Shown: piece by piece, positions 1 through 9,999 of the stretch
Position numbering within the stretch: the first letter of the stretch is position 1
Layout of the letters: each line of letters begins with the position of its first letter
NCBI GenBank assembly: GCA_937129365.1
Contig: CAKZNB010000033.1
Span: 71,253-135,252 of the forward strand
Reading direction: 5' to 3'
Origin: an uncultured Flavobacteriales bacterium
GTDB taxonomy: Bacteria > Bacteroidota > Bacteroidia > Flavobacteriales_D > CAJJDF01
Length of the DNA: 64,000 nt
Position numbers and translations under genes: made by a program
The notes under the pieces: generated by a model
Databases searched by the model: none
Told to the model about the DNA's origin: nothing
What the model saw: the letters and a program-made list of their open reading frames with translations, nothing else

Positions 1-686
1 CTTTTCTGGATAACACCCTTGCTATCACACATCAAGATGTTCTTCTTTTTGGCTCCTAAAGATATATATAACCTAGTACAAGAAATTGCCGCAGCACCAG
101 CACCATTTACTACAATCTTTACTTTGCTAATGTCTTTTTTAGTTATTTCAATGGCATTTTTCAATGCAGCTGTAGAGATTATTGCAGTTCCATGTTGGTC
201 ATCGTGCATCACAGGGATGTCTAGCTCTTCAACTAATCTTCTTTCAATCTCAAAAGCTTCAGGAGCTTTTATATCTTCTAGGTTTATTCCTCCAAAAGTA
301 GGAGCTATATTTTTTACAGTTTCTACAAAAGTATCAATGTCTTCAGTGTCTACCTCAATATCAAACACATCAATATCAGCAAAAATCTTAAATAACAATC
401 CTTTTCCCTCCATTACTGGTTTAGAAGCTTCAGGCCCAATATTTCCCAGTCCTAAAACAGCTGTTCCGTTGGATATTACAGCTACCAAATTCCCCTTGGA
501 AGTGTATTTGTATACATCATCTTTATTATCGGCAATTGCCAAACAAGGCTCCGCAACTCCTGGCGAATAAGCTAATGATAAATCTCTTTGCGAAGAATAT
601 TTTTTTGTTGGAACTACCTCAATTTTGCCAGGCTTAGGATGGCTATGGTATTTAAGTGCTTCGTTTTTTTTTCTTTTGTTTTTCAT
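1..686 (-). CDS. maeB: NADP-dependent malic enzyme, N-terminal part (the gene runs off the left edge)
   Basis: Absent from the ORF track because there is no in-window stop. The reverse complement from the ATG at 686-684 reads [113 protein letters not shown]...[12 protein letters not shown]. This is the conserved malic-enzyme N-terminal and NAD(P)-binding region. Confidence 0.85.
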   Translation of the reverse strand, partial: MKNKRKKNEALKYHSHPKPGKIEVVPTKKYSSQRDLSLAYSPGVAEPCLAIADNKDDVYKYTSKGNLVAVISNGTAVLGLGNIGPEASKPVMEGKGLLFKIFADIDVFDIEVDTEDIDTFVETVKNIAPTFGGINLEDIKAPEAFEIERRLVEELDIPVMHDDQHGTAIISTAALKNAIEITKKDISKVKIVVNGAGAAAISCTRLYISLGAKKKNILMCDSKGVIQK

Positions 687-762
687 AAACTAAAATTACG
701 AATCAAAGATAGCGTATTCTTAGTGAAAACGAAATTTTGAAACGAATTAAAGATAGAGAGAA

Positions 763-1131
763 TTAATTTTTTGGAGCCCCATTTTCCAACCATTTTTTAA
801 TGGTTTCGTATTCCTTTTCTGGCAAGGATTTTCTTTTAGGCATGTCTCTTTTTTCGATTACTCTATCGTAAAAAGTACCTGAATCGACAGCTTTTTTAGT
901 AAACTCGTATTTTGTCCAAGCAGAGGGTTTTCCATGATGACAAAATATCCCACCACAATAAGTGTTCATGATGGGCTTGATGTCTTTATCGAAAGTAATT
1001 GCTGTAACTTTTTCAGGCTGATAAGCCATTATAGGCTGTCTTTGTAATCCAATTTTTCCACCATTAAATAAAAAGGCGAAAAAGAAACAGACATAAAAGA
1101 ACCCATATAATAATAGTTTGGCTGAAATCAT
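763..1131 (-). CDS. Small membrane-anchored protein with a c-type-cytochrome-like domain (non-canonical CX4CH)
   Basis: N-terminal TM helix, then IKPIMNTYCGGIFCHHG...MPKRKSLPEKEYETIKKWLENGAP. The start overlaps the stop of the upstream OmpA gene (ATGA at 1128-1131). Confidence 0.45.
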   Translation of the reverse strand: MISAKLLLYGFFYVCFFFAFLFNGGKIGLQRQPIMAYQPEKVTAITFDKDIKPIMNTYCGGIFCHHGKPSAWTKYEFTKKAVDSGTFYDRVIEKRDMPKRKSLPEKEYETIKKWLENGAPKN

Positions 1132-3113
1132 TTCCCAATAATTTTAACTTCAGTTCTTCTGTTCAACGCTTTGTTTTTATCAGAATTATTTTCAGCTCTT
1201 GGTTTGGTTTCTCCGTACCCAGTGAATTTTAATCTTGATTTTTCAATGCCTTTCATTACCAAATAATTTACTACAGATTTGGCTCTTTTTTCTGATAATT
1301 CTTGATTTTTGTCAGCATCTCCATCGCTATCGGTGTGTCCACCTACTTCAATTTGTAGCGTTTTGTTTTTCTTCATTAACTCATACAATTTATCAAGCTC
1401 TGCTCGAGATTCTTGTTTCAAATTATATTTAGCTACATCAAAAAATATGTTTTCTAGCACAAATGGTTTATCACTTACTTTTATTTTATTTAAAGGAATA
1501 TCAAGCAATTGTGGTTCTTTGGTGTTTTCAAAAGAAAAGGCTTGTGAATAAAAGAAATAACCCTCTTTTGCCACATTAATTGCTAATTGCTTATTGGTAG
1601 GGATATTAACCAAAAATTGCCCTGTAATGGGGTCAGAAGTAGAAGTTAGTAATACTTCGTTTGTTTTCACATCAATAATCTGGAAGGTTGCATTTAGTTT
1701 TGCTTTGGTTTCTTCATCATAAACTACGCCTTTCATGTAGGTTGTGTAGATTGGTTTTGCTTTTTCTGGCAATTCAAAAGAGTATAAATCCAAACTACCA
1801 AAACCACCTTCTCTATCGGAAGCAAAATAGGCCAGTTTTCCATCAGGAGAAACTACAATGCTGTTTTCATTCCCTTTTGTATTAATTGGGTAGCCAAGGT
1901 TTTCAGGTTTTCCCCATTCTCCATTTTCTTGTAATCTCGAAACATATAAATCCATTCCGCCCATTCCGGTATGCCCGTTTGAACCAAAATAAAGGGTTTG
2001 TCCATCCGGGTGAATAAAAACGGATTCTTCTCTGCGAGGAGTGTTAATAGTTGAAGATAATTTTTTTGGAGTAGTCCAATAGCCATTATCTTGTAATTTG
2101 GCTACATAAATATCTTGATTTTCAGGATTTAATCTGGCTCTTGGTTCACGAATTGCTCTAATAAAATAAAGTGTCCTTCCATCTGCAGAGAAACAAGGTT
2201 GCGATTCCCAATGCACTGTGTTTATTTTAGCTCCTAAGTTTCTTGGTCTTGTCCAGCTATTGCCAACTCGCTGAGCATAAAATAAGTCGCAACTTCCTTT
2301 TCCTGTTCTGTTTGCACCATATCCATCAACTCCTTGGCAAGAGGTGAAAATCAAAAAATTACCATCGGCAGATAGAGTAGGAGCACCTTCATTAAAAAAA
2401 GTATTGATTTTTGAAGAAACTGAAATTGCTTTTTGCCATTTTTCATCTTCTTTATTCGCTGTAAAAAAATCTTCTTGTTTTCCTCCTCTCATTCTTGCAT
2501 TTACATCAAGAATCAATCGGGTAAAAAGAATGGTGTTTCCATCTCCAGTAAAGGTTGGAAAGTACTCTGGTCGTTCTGTATTTATTTCTGCTCCAAGGTT
2601 TACTGGATTAAAAGGTACAGGGTTTTTTAATGCATTAACTGCAAAATCACTGTTTGCAATCATTTGTTTGGCTTCCGCTTGAAAAAATTCGTTTGTATTT
2701 TTATAAGTCAAAAATTTCTGAGCATTCTTTTTACACTTTTCATATTGTCCATCTCTCATTTGTAATCTCGCCAAATAAAAATACTCGTTTTTGGAATATT
2801 CCGGATTAATTGAGATAGCTTTTTCTTTATATTCAATGGCTTTTGGTAAGTTTCCTTTGGCAATTTCAATTTCCCCCATTAGTAAATAGGCAGTAGTAAA
2901 ATTTGGATCTTTTTTTATTGCTTTCAAAGTATACTTCTCGGCCTCAGCTAATTTCTCTGGGTTTTGATAACCGTTTCTAAATGCTGAGTATCCTTTTTTA
3001 TAAAAGGCAATGGCTTTTTTGCTTTTAGAATCGTACATCGAACTTTGAGCTGTTGTTTTGCAGCCAGTTACAAGAAGTGTAAGTGCTAAGAATATTGAAA
3101 GTATTTTGTACAT
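1128..3113 (-). CDS. TPR / PD40 (TolB-like beta-propeller) / OmpA-domain outer-membrane lipoprotein
   Basis: Lipobox LLVTGC; TPR-like N-terminal region; repeated PD40 motifs (FSADGRTLYF, IHPDGQTLYF, VSPDGKLAYFAS); C-terminal OmpA domain (FFDVAKYNL...GHTDSDGDADKNQELSEKRAKSV...NRRTEV). Confidence 0.85.
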   Translation of the reverse strand: MYKILSIFLALTLLVTGCKTTAQSSMYDSKSKKAIAFYKKGYSAFRNGYQNPEKLAEAEKYTLKAIKKDPNFTTAYLLMGEIEIAKGNLPKAIEYKEKAISINPEYSKNEYFYLARLQMRDGQYEKCKKNAQKFLTYKNTNEFFQAEAKQMIANSDFAVNALKNPVPFNPVNLGAEINTERPEYFPTFTGDGNTILFTRLILDVNARMRGGKQEDFFTANKEDEKWQKAISVSSKINTFFNEGAPTLSADGNFLIFTSCQGVDGYGANRTGKGSCDLFYAQRVGNSWTRPRNLGAKINTVHWESQPCFSADGRTLYFIRAIREPRARLNPENQDIYVAKLQDNGYWTTPKKLSSTINTPRREESVFIHPDGQTLYFGSNGHTGMGGMDLYVSRLQENGEWGKPENLGYPINTKGNENSIVVSPDGKLAYFASDREGGFGSLDLYSFELPEKAKPIYTTYMKGVVYDEETKAKLNATFQIIDVKTNEVLLTSTSDPITGQFLVNIPTNKQLAINVAKEGYFFYSQAFSFENTKEPQLLDIPLNKIKVSDKPFVLENIFFDVAKYNLKQESRAELDKLYELMKKNKTLQIEVGGHTDSDGDADKNQELSEKRAKSVVNYLVMKGIEKSRLKFTGYGETKPRAENNSDKNKALNRRTEVKIIGK

Positions 3114-3122
3114 AAAGTAAGT

Positions 3123-3785
3123 TTAAAAATGGTAGTTAAGTGTTAAATTACCTAAGAGCTTTAATTGAATGTCTGAGGTGGTTTCTATATAATTTACTGA
3201 ATATCCTTTTTCATGGTTTACTATGGATAAATCATGTTTGTTATTTAAAAAATCAACTCTAGTTTCCAATCCCAAAGAAAGATATTCAGTAAGTATCCAA
3301 TCAAAACCCATACCAAGAATCACACCTTGAGAAAGACCGTCAATATTGGCTTCTACTAATTTTTCTTGGTTAATATTGAACATATCGTATTTTCCGTCAA
3401 AAGGATTTATGATATAATCTAAAAAAAGATGAAAAGAAATAATGTCGTAATAAGTATGTCGATATTCTGTTCCTATCCTAAACGCATTTTCAGTTAAAAA
3501 ATTTTCTTCAGAAGTAACAGATAAAGAATCGCCTTGGTAATTTAAAACACCTTTGTTTACTATTCTTTCATAGCCTAATCTTAAGCCTATAGGTCCAAAA
3601 TACCTCTTTACACTTAAACCCGTAAATAGTGTAGGAAAATTATTATTTTGATACACATAGGGTTGAGAAAATAAATAACTAGAAATAGTCCAATCCTTGG
3701 GTGTAAAAGCTTCTGTTTCTTCCTGTGAATATGTCTTGAAACATAAACTTATTAGGAGAATAATAAAAAATAAATTTTTGAACAT
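3123..3785 (-). CDS. Predicted outer-membrane beta-barrel protein (hypothetical)
   Basis: Signal peptide ending YSQ, alternating-hydrophobic beta-strand pattern, C-terminal aromatic residue (..LNYHF). Lies in an operon with the lptD-like and OmpA genes. Confidence 0.5.
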   Translation of the reverse strand: MFKNLFFIILLISLCFKTYSQEETEAFTPKDWTISSYLFSQPYVYQNNNFPTLFTGLSVKRYFGPIGLRLGYERIVNKGVLNYQGDSLSVTSEENFLTENAFRIGTEYRHTYYDIISFHLFLDYIINPFDGKYDMFNINQEKLVEANIDGLSQGVILGMGFDWILTEYLSLGLETRVDFLNNKHDLSIVNHEKGYSVNYIETTSDIQLKLLGNLTLNYHF

Positions 3786-3806
3786 TGGGCAATGGTTTTA
3801 CCAAAT

Positions 3807-6404
3807 TTAACGAAATTCATTGGGTTGAGACTGTTTTTTATATCTCAATTCTTCTAATATAGATGCTTTTACATTAATTTGAAAATTGTAACTCTGCCTT
3901 GGTCCAAAAGGAATCCATCCTAATCTCATTTCCCAGCAATGTAAATCTCTGTAAATATCAAGTGATGTATAGGACAATTGCTTATTCGTTACATCATAGT
4001 TAAGACTAAATCCAACTCTCCATTTTTGTGTAAAACTTACAGAACCATTAACTCCAGCGGTTTGAATATAAGTAGTCGTATCATTTTGAGATACACTGTT
4101 CACAAATTTTCTTACGTTCAAATTGTAGGTAAAAGATGCATTCCAAGGAATTTCATAAGGATTTACTTCAGGAGCTTGTTCTTCACCTTCAGTTTCTGGC
4201 GTTTTCTTCTTGAAAGTTTCTGGCGAAAGGCTAAAGCTGGCTGCTAAATTTGCATCTACAAGCCTTGCTAACTTTCCAGATTCATTGAATTCGTATACAT
4301 TTTGCAATTGAGTTCTATTATTTTCTCTTCTTGAGTAGGGATTAAAACGCATACTCCCATTAAGGCTTACCAACTTGAATAAAGTGGTTCGTCCAGATAC
4401 TGTTATGTCTCTTAAATTAAAGCTATCCAATAACAAATCGTAACTGGTTCCAATAGAAAAATTCTCAATTAACTTTACTTTTTTATAAACCATTCCTGTA
4501 TCAGTTTTGGTTTTGATTTTCATCTCCAATGAGTTAATCAAATTAAGTCCTAAAACTCCAGATTCAGAGTTTGGTGGGATTCCATATATTCCTAGTTGTA
4601 GAGGAGAATAAGGCAATATTATATTATTTGCATTGATATATTGTGTGTCAGTTAGTGTGCTAAAATTTGGGTTGTAATTAAATGATAAGGAAGGAGTTAA
4701 TACATGTCTCACAAGTGCTTCTTTTTTTCCTTTTGCAAATCCAGCGAATTGATAAAATCCATATAGTTTTGATGTGGCAGACACATTAAAACTGGCATTC
4801 ATAGCTCTGCCCCAATTTTTTATTCCTCTTAATGTATCAGATAGTATTGTATCATCAACAGGTTCGTAAAAACGATTAAATTTTTGAAAATACCATCTCT
4901 CAGTAGCTCTAATAGAAGGATTAATTGCCACATTATTTTTCAATATTTTGAATGAAGTACCTGCCGAGATATTATGTTGAATTCCGTTTCTCATCTGAGG
5001 AAGTAATTCTTGAGCAAAATTGCTTGTAAGTGCAGTATCTATAAAGCTTACTGAATTTTTGAATTGAGAGTTCCAAGTAAGGAAAATTTTAGAAGCTTCC
5101 TTCATCCATTTCTTTCTTGCGTTATTCTCATTTTCAAGTCCTTTAAGAGGGTAAATACGATTCATTGCAAAGTTAATATCAGGCAGATTAAAAGTTAAAT
5201 TATTGTAAGCTTGTCTATTAATTGAAGTATCTGCTGGGGTAAAAGTTCCACTTTGCGAAGCATTCATTGTCATGCTAAATGGAGTATTCGGGAATGTTTT
5301 TCTATACGATAAAGATGATTGATAGGAATTATTTAAAAACCCTACACCCGTTTCATTAATATCTGAACGTGCATTACTATTATAATTTACATTGGCATTA
5401 AATGTTGAATTAGGTCTTGCCTTTGGGTCTTGGTTATGATTCCAAATAATAGAGAAAATCCTTGATTTACTATAATTAGTAAGGGCTTGTAAATCTTTAT
5501 CGCCATTTATGTTTTCTTGAAATGATAGCTGAAAATTACCACTATATTTATATAAATTCTTGTATCGAGTAATTGCTCTCACTCCCCAAGTTCCTCGGGA
5601 ATAAATACTTCCTGTAAGCTGAATATCGGCAAAATCTTTGATAGGAATATAGTATCCACCATTTCTTAATCCACTTCCCCAAGGAACTGAGTTATCGTAA
5701 GTTGGCATAATGATTCCAGCACCTTTTTTCTTTTGATTAGGAAAAAAACCAAAAGGCAAACCAAGTGGAGTAGGCACATCTGCGATATAAAGTAGTAGAG
5801 GGCCAGCTACAATTTTGTCATCAGGTTTTACTACCGCTTTCGAAATATTGAAATAGTAATGTGGGTGCTCCAAATCACAAGTTGTGTATTTTCCATGCTT
5901 TCCATGGGTTTCCTTGTTTTCGTAAATCTTAATCTTATCAAAATGAATAAATCCTTCTCCTTGTTTGGCTCTACTTCCTTCTACAAAAGCTTTTTTTGAT
6001 TCAAAATTGTAACACATTAATTTTGCTGTAAAGACCTCTTTGCCGTCAGTAAACTCTGGAAACTCAACATCATTTCCAGCAGAATCTTTTCTGGGATAGG
6101 CACACACATTTTTATTTTTGAAATCATAAACAATATATCCCGCTTTCAATTCAATTTCTCCAAATTTCACTTCGCCTCCGCCAAATAGGTATACTTTTTG
6201 TTCTATCACATTTAGCCGTATAGAATCCTTTGCATTATACTCAACGGGTTCGTCAAGCATTCTGTCAACTACAATTTTTTTGGTTGGTTTATTATTGTTT
6301 TCAATTACTTTTTTGGTAGTATCAATTACCTTTTTGGTGGTATCAATAATAGGAGTTACTTGAGCGGCAACATTGCTTTTAAACAACAATATTAACAGAA
6401 ACAC
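3807..6404 (-). CDS. LptD/OstA-like LPS-assembly outer-membrane protein
   Basis: 865-aa ORF with an OstA-like N-terminal region and a long beta-barrel-like remainder typical of Bacteroidota LptD-like proteins. The GTG at 6404 is the first canonical start. The in-frame upstream stretch to the preceding stop has no ATG, GTG or TTG, so the exact start is uncertain. Confidence 0.6.
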   Translation of the reverse strand: MFLLILLFKSNVAAQVTPIIDTTKKVIDTTKKVIENNNKPTKKIVVDRMLDEPVEYNAKDSIRLNVIEQKVYLFGGGEVKFGEIELKAGYIVYDFKNKNVCAYPRKDSAGNDVEFPEFTDGKEVFTAKLMCYNFESKKAFVEGSRAKQGEGFIHFDKIKIYENKETHGKHGKYTTCDLEHPHYYFNISKAVVKPDDKIVAGPLLLYIADVPTPLGLPFGFFPNQKKKGAGIIMPTYDNSVPWGSGLRNGGYYIPIKDFADIQLTGSIYSRGTWGVRAITRYKNLYKYSGNFQLSFQENINGDKDLQALTNYSKSRIFSIIWNHNQDPKARPNSTFNANVNYNSNARSDINETGVGFLNNSYQSSLSYRKTFPNTPFSMTMNASQSGTFTPADTSINRQAYNNLTFNLPDINFAMNRIYPLKGLENENNARKKWMKEASKIFLTWNSQFKNSVSFIDTALTSNFAQELLPQMRNGIQHNISAGTSFKILKNNVAINPSIRATERWYFQKFNRFYEPVDDTILSDTLRGIKNWGRAMNASFNVSATSKLYGFYQFAGFAKGKKEALVRHVLTPSLSFNYNPNFSTLTDTQYINANNIILPYSPLQLGIYGIPPNSESGVLGLNLINSLEMKIKTKTDTGMVYKKVKLIENFSIGTSYDLLLDSFNLRDITVSGRTTLFKLVSLNGSMRFNPYSRRENNRTQLQNVYEFNESGKLARLVDANLAASFSLSPETFKKKTPETEGEEQAPEVNPYEIPWNASFTYNLNVRKFVNSVSQNDTTTYIQTAGVNGSVSFTQKWRVGFSLNYDVTNKQLSYTSLDIYRDLHCWEMRLGWIPFGPRQSYNFQINVKASILEELRYKKQSQPNEFR

Positions 6405-6504
6405 GCTAATAACTATCGCTCTTATGAATATGTCCTTAAATTGTATAATGTTAAATTTGTTTTATTCGGTACTAAGAATCAGCTACAAAGTTAATCTAAA
6501 AACT

Positions 6505-7635
6505 ATGTTTTCAGAAAAAATGAATATTATTACTCCAAGATTTATGCACAAACGGTTTGTTGGTGTTTTTCTTGCTTTGGCAATTGTTTTTTTTCATCAA
6601 ACAAGTTATTCTCAAGGAAGAAAGTTTAAAACCGTAGTAATTGATGCAGGGCATGGAGGCCATGACCATGGCTGCTCGGGGAAAGGTAGCAAGGAAAAAA
6701 CAATAGCCTTGAACATTGCTCTAAAGCTTGGAAAATTGATTGAAACTAAGGATAAAGATGTAAAAGTTATCTACACAAGAAAGACAGATAAATTTGTGAC
6801 ATTGGATAATAGAGCAAAAATTGCTAATTCAAAAAAAGCAGATTTATTTATTTGTATTCATGCCAATGCGAATAAAAAATCTAGTCCGTACGGATCAGAA
6901 ACTTATGTACTTGGTTTACATAAAACTGATGAGCAGGAAGAAATTGCTGCAAGGGAAAACTCAGTAATTGAACTAGAAGAGAACAAGAGTAAATACTACA
7001 AAATTACTCCAGAAAAACTGATTGCCAGAACAATGCAGCTTAGTGCTTATTTGAATCAGAGTATTAGTTTTGCAAGCGAAATTCAAAAAGAGTTTAAAAA
7101 AATAGGTAGAAAAGACAGAGGAGTTAAGCAAGCTGGATTTGTGGTTCTGTATAAAACTACCATGCCTAGTGTACTTATTGAAACTGGTTTTTTAACCAAT
7201 TCAAAGGAGAATGAGTATTTAAAAAAAACCAAGAATCAGCAAAAAATGGCACAAGCTATTTATAATGCTTTTAAAACCTACAAGAAGAAAAGAGACAAGA
7301 TTTATAATGAGATGAAAACAACTGATACAGGCAATAACAAGCCAAAACCAGTAACTTCTTCTTCGAATAAAAAAGTGGAATTTAAAATTCAATTGGCTTC
7401 ATCTACCAATAAAATAGAGCCTAAATCATACAACTTTAAGGGATTAAGAAACGTACAGATAAAAAAAGACGGAAAATATTACCGCTACTATTATGGAACC
7501 ACTGGTTCGTATACTCAGATAAAAAAATCGTTGAAAACCGCTAAAGGAAAAGGATATAAAGATGCTTTTGTAATGGGCTTTGTTGATGGAAAAAGAGTAG
7601 ATTTGCAAAAGGCAATAGAATTGGCTAAAAACTAA
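6505..7635 (+). CDS. N-acetylmuramoyl-L-alanine amidase (Amidase_3) with C-terminal SPOR-like domain
   Basis: VVIDAGHGGHDHGC...FICIHANA...ETGFLTN amidase_3 motifs. The C-terminal part (EFKIQLASS...YYRYYYGT) is SPOR-like. The track start at 6373 overlaps the divergent gene. ATG candidates at 6505, 6520 and 6541 sit just before signal peptide MHKRFVGVFLALAIVFF. Confidence 0.85.
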   Translation: MFSEKMNIITPRFMHKRFVGVFLALAIVFFHQTSYSQGRKFKTVVIDAGHGGHDHGCSGKGSKEKTIALNIALKLGKLIETKDKDVKVIYTRKTDKFVTLDNRAKIANSKKADLFICIHANANKKSSPYGSETYVLGLHKTDEQEEIAARENSVIELEENKSKYYKITPEKLIARTMQLSAYLNQSISFASEIQKEFKKIGRKDRGVKQAGFVVLYKTTMPSVLIETGFLTNSKENEYLKKTKNQQKMAQAIYNAFKTYKKKRDKIYNEMKTTDTGNNKPKPVTSSSNKKVEFKIQLASSTNKIEPKSYNFKGLRNVQIKKDGKYYRYYYGTTGSYTQIKKSLKTAKGKGYKDAFVMGFVDGKRVDLQKAIELAKN

Positions 7636-7647
7636 AAAAAACAAGTT

Positions 7648-8673
7648 TTGAAATTTAAAAAAGAATTTATTATCGGATTGACAGTAGTTGTGGCTATTGC
7701 ATTGTTATTGTTTGGAATTCAGTTTTTGAAAGGAATTAATTTTTTCAATACAAATCGTACTTTTTACACAAGTTATGGAAACGTACAAGAGTTAGTTCCA
7801 GGTTCTGTTATTAAGTTTAGAGGAAAGCAAATAGGGGTGGTACAGGATGTTCAACTTAATGAATCTCAAGATAGGCTAATTACTACATTGAGTATTGATG
7901 AGGCTGATTTGAAAATACCGAGTGACTCAAAAGCTAGACTTGCATCTTCTTTTTTGGGTACGAGTACCATAGAAATTATATTAGGAGAAGATTATGATAA
8001 TTTGTTAGAACAAGGAGATACAATTTCTCCTGCTTTTAAATATGGAATTTCAGAATTGGCAACTCAAAAAATTGATCCAATTGAGAAGCAAGTAAATACG
8101 CTGTTAGAAAGATTGAATAAATCATTGGCAAGTATTGATACTGTTTTGGGAACTGATGGAGAAAACCTCAGGAAAATGATGTACTCAATGAGGCAAACAG
8201 TTGCTACATTAAATTCCACAGTAAAAGATGTAGATAATGTGGTGAAAGCAAGTTCTGCTAACATCAAATCTACTTTGGCAAATGTTGCTTCCATTACTGA
8301 AAATCTTAAGAATAGTAATGAAAAAGTAACTAACTTAATCACCAACTTTTCTGATTTATCAGATTCATTAAAAGGTGCTGATATTGCTGGAACTGTAAAC
8401 GAAGCGAAAGCTGCTCTTGCTCAAGTTACCAAAATGATGGATGAGATTAACAATGGTGACGGAACTGCACATCAATTAATCTATAGCGATGAGTTGATAA
8501 ATAATATGAATGCAATGCTTGAAGAAACTCAACGATTGGTGCTTAATATTAAGACTCATCCAAAGCGTTATTTACAATTTGCTGTGTTTGGAGGAAAACA
8601 AAAAGGAGTAAAATTGGATGCTACTGACGAAAAGAAGCTGAAAGAATTATTGGATAAGCAACCAACTCCTTAA
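7648..8673 (+). CDS. MlaD/MCE-family protein
   Basis: N-terminal TM helix, MCE domain (GSVIKFRGKQIGVVQDV), long coiled-coil C-terminal region. TTG start. Confidence 0.7.
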   Translation: MKFKKEFIIGLTVVVAIALLLFGIQFLKGINFFNTNRTFYTSYGNVQELVPGSVIKFRGKQIGVVQDVQLNESQDRLITTLSIDEADLKIPSDSKARLASSFLGTSTIEIILGEDYDNLLEQGDTISPAFKYGISELATQKIDPIEKQVNTLLERLNKSLASIDTVLGTDGENLRKMMYSMRQTVATLNSTVKDVDNVVKASSANIKSTLANVASITENLKNSNEKVTNLITNFSDLSDSLKGADIAGTVNEAKAALAQVTKMMDEINNGDGTAHQLIYSDELINNMNAMLEETQRLVLNIKTHPKRYLQFAVFGGKQKGVKLDATDEKKLKELLDKQPTP

Positions 8674-8693
8674 ACAAAGATTTATAAATTTAA

Positions 8694-8729
8694 AAAAGCC
8701 TTCCAGATTTTATCGGAAGGCTTTTTTTG
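8694..8729. terminator. Bidirectional rho-independent terminator
   Basis: AAGCCTTCC (8696-8704) pairs with GGAAGGCTT (8715-8723). An A-run and a T-run flank the stem. It lies between convergent genes. Confidence 0.8.
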
Positions 8730-8740
8730 TGGATTTATTT

Positions 8741-9817
8741 TTACTGAATCACAATTCGTTTTACAACTTTATTGCTTCCATCAGAAAGTTGAACAAAATA
8801 AATCCCCTTTGAGACTTTATTAAGATTAATAGTAGATTGAGAGGAATAAATTAGTTCTGAATGAACTGTTTTTCCAGTTACATCAATGATGTTTAAATTA
8901 TATTCAGAGTCTTTAAATTCTTCAATAGCAAGAGTAAAGTTTCCATTTGATGGGTTTGGATAGATAGTTACATTTTTAAATAATTTTATTTCAGAAATTT
9001 CAGAATAAAATATATTTCCACATAAAACTAAATCTCTATGTACTTCACCTATTTTAACTCCATTTCTAAATTCTTCACATTTGATAGGGGTACTATATTT
9101 TCCTAAAAATGCAAATTGAACCCAAACAAACCCTGAATTTGAGTTTACATAAACTCTTGCTCCAGGCCCAACAAGATTGCTTAAGTTGAAACCAGTTTTA
9201 AATGATAGCTGAGAAAATGGTTTTCCACCGATAAATGAAACAGAATCAAAAGGAGTGAAAACAGAATAATGTAAACTATCTCCATCTTTATCTATACAAC
9301 TAAAATTGAGATTTGATTCTCTCCCAGATCTTAAATATAAACTATCATCAAAATTTACAAATCTAGGATTAGAATTACCTCCTGGAATCGCAGGGTCAGG
9401 AATTTGACAATTGAAAATATAATTTCCATCATTAAAATTTCTTAATCCTTTTATCTTTAAAAATTCAGTATTTACAAAATAATATCCATTTGGATTATTT
9501 GGTATATTAAAAGTATCAGAAAGATAATTAACATAAAGTGAATCAAATATAAAAGTATTATATCTCAATGGGATTATAGCAGATGAATCCAGAGAAATAG
9601 TAAAAGACTTCACAAAAGTGTCTGTTGCATTGTCAAAAGCATTAATAGTCATTGAAGTAACATTAACTGAATCAATCTGAACCGTAGCTCGCATTATAAA
9701 CTGATTTGATCCAATTTGAGTTACTTCAATGTTTCCTCCATATATAGCAGGTTTTTGAGAGAACGAAGTACTCGATAAGAATAATATGGAAAATAAAATT
9801 AAATTCTTCATATGCAT
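8741..9817 (-). CDS. Secreted protein with T9SS C-terminal sorting domain (function unknown)
   Basis: Signal peptide; C-terminus IYPNPSNGNFTL...GIYFVQLSDGSNKVVKRIVIQ, typical of a type-A Por secretion tail. The start may instead be the ATG at 9811. Confidence 0.75.
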   Translation of the reverse strand: MHMKNLILFSILFLSSTSFSQKPAIYGGNIEVTQIGSNQFIMRATVQIDSVNVTSMTINAFDNATDTFVKSFTISLDSSAIIPLRYNTFIFDSLYVNYLSDTFNIPNNPNGYYFVNTEFLKIKGLRNFNDGNYIFNCQIPDPAIPGGNSNPRFVNFDDSLYLRSGRESNLNFSCIDKDGDSLHYSVFTPFDSVSFIGGKPFSQLSFKTGFNLSNLVGPGARVYVNSNSGFVWVQFAFLGKYSTPIKCEEFRNGVKIGEVHRDLVLCGNIFYSEISEIKLFKNVTIYPNPSNGNFTLAIEEFKDSEYNLNIIDVTGKTVHSELIYSSQSTINLNKVSKGIYFVQLSDGSNKVVKRIVIQ

Positions 9818-9999
9818 AATTTATTAATATTCAATAATAAAAACAATTCATGATACAGTCTGGTTGTAATTCATGAATTCCTATGTTTTTTTCATGAAAC
9901 TTTCATTTCTTATTTAAATCCATTATTAATTATTCATTCCTAATTAATAATTATTTAAAAGTACCTATCTTTATTCCAACCAACTTACACAACTATTTT

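Noticed and set aside
19-570. 183-aa plus-strand ORF from the track
   Set aside because: It is antisense to a clearly recognisable malic-enzyme coding sequence on the minus strand and has no recognisable motifs. It is a shadow ORF.
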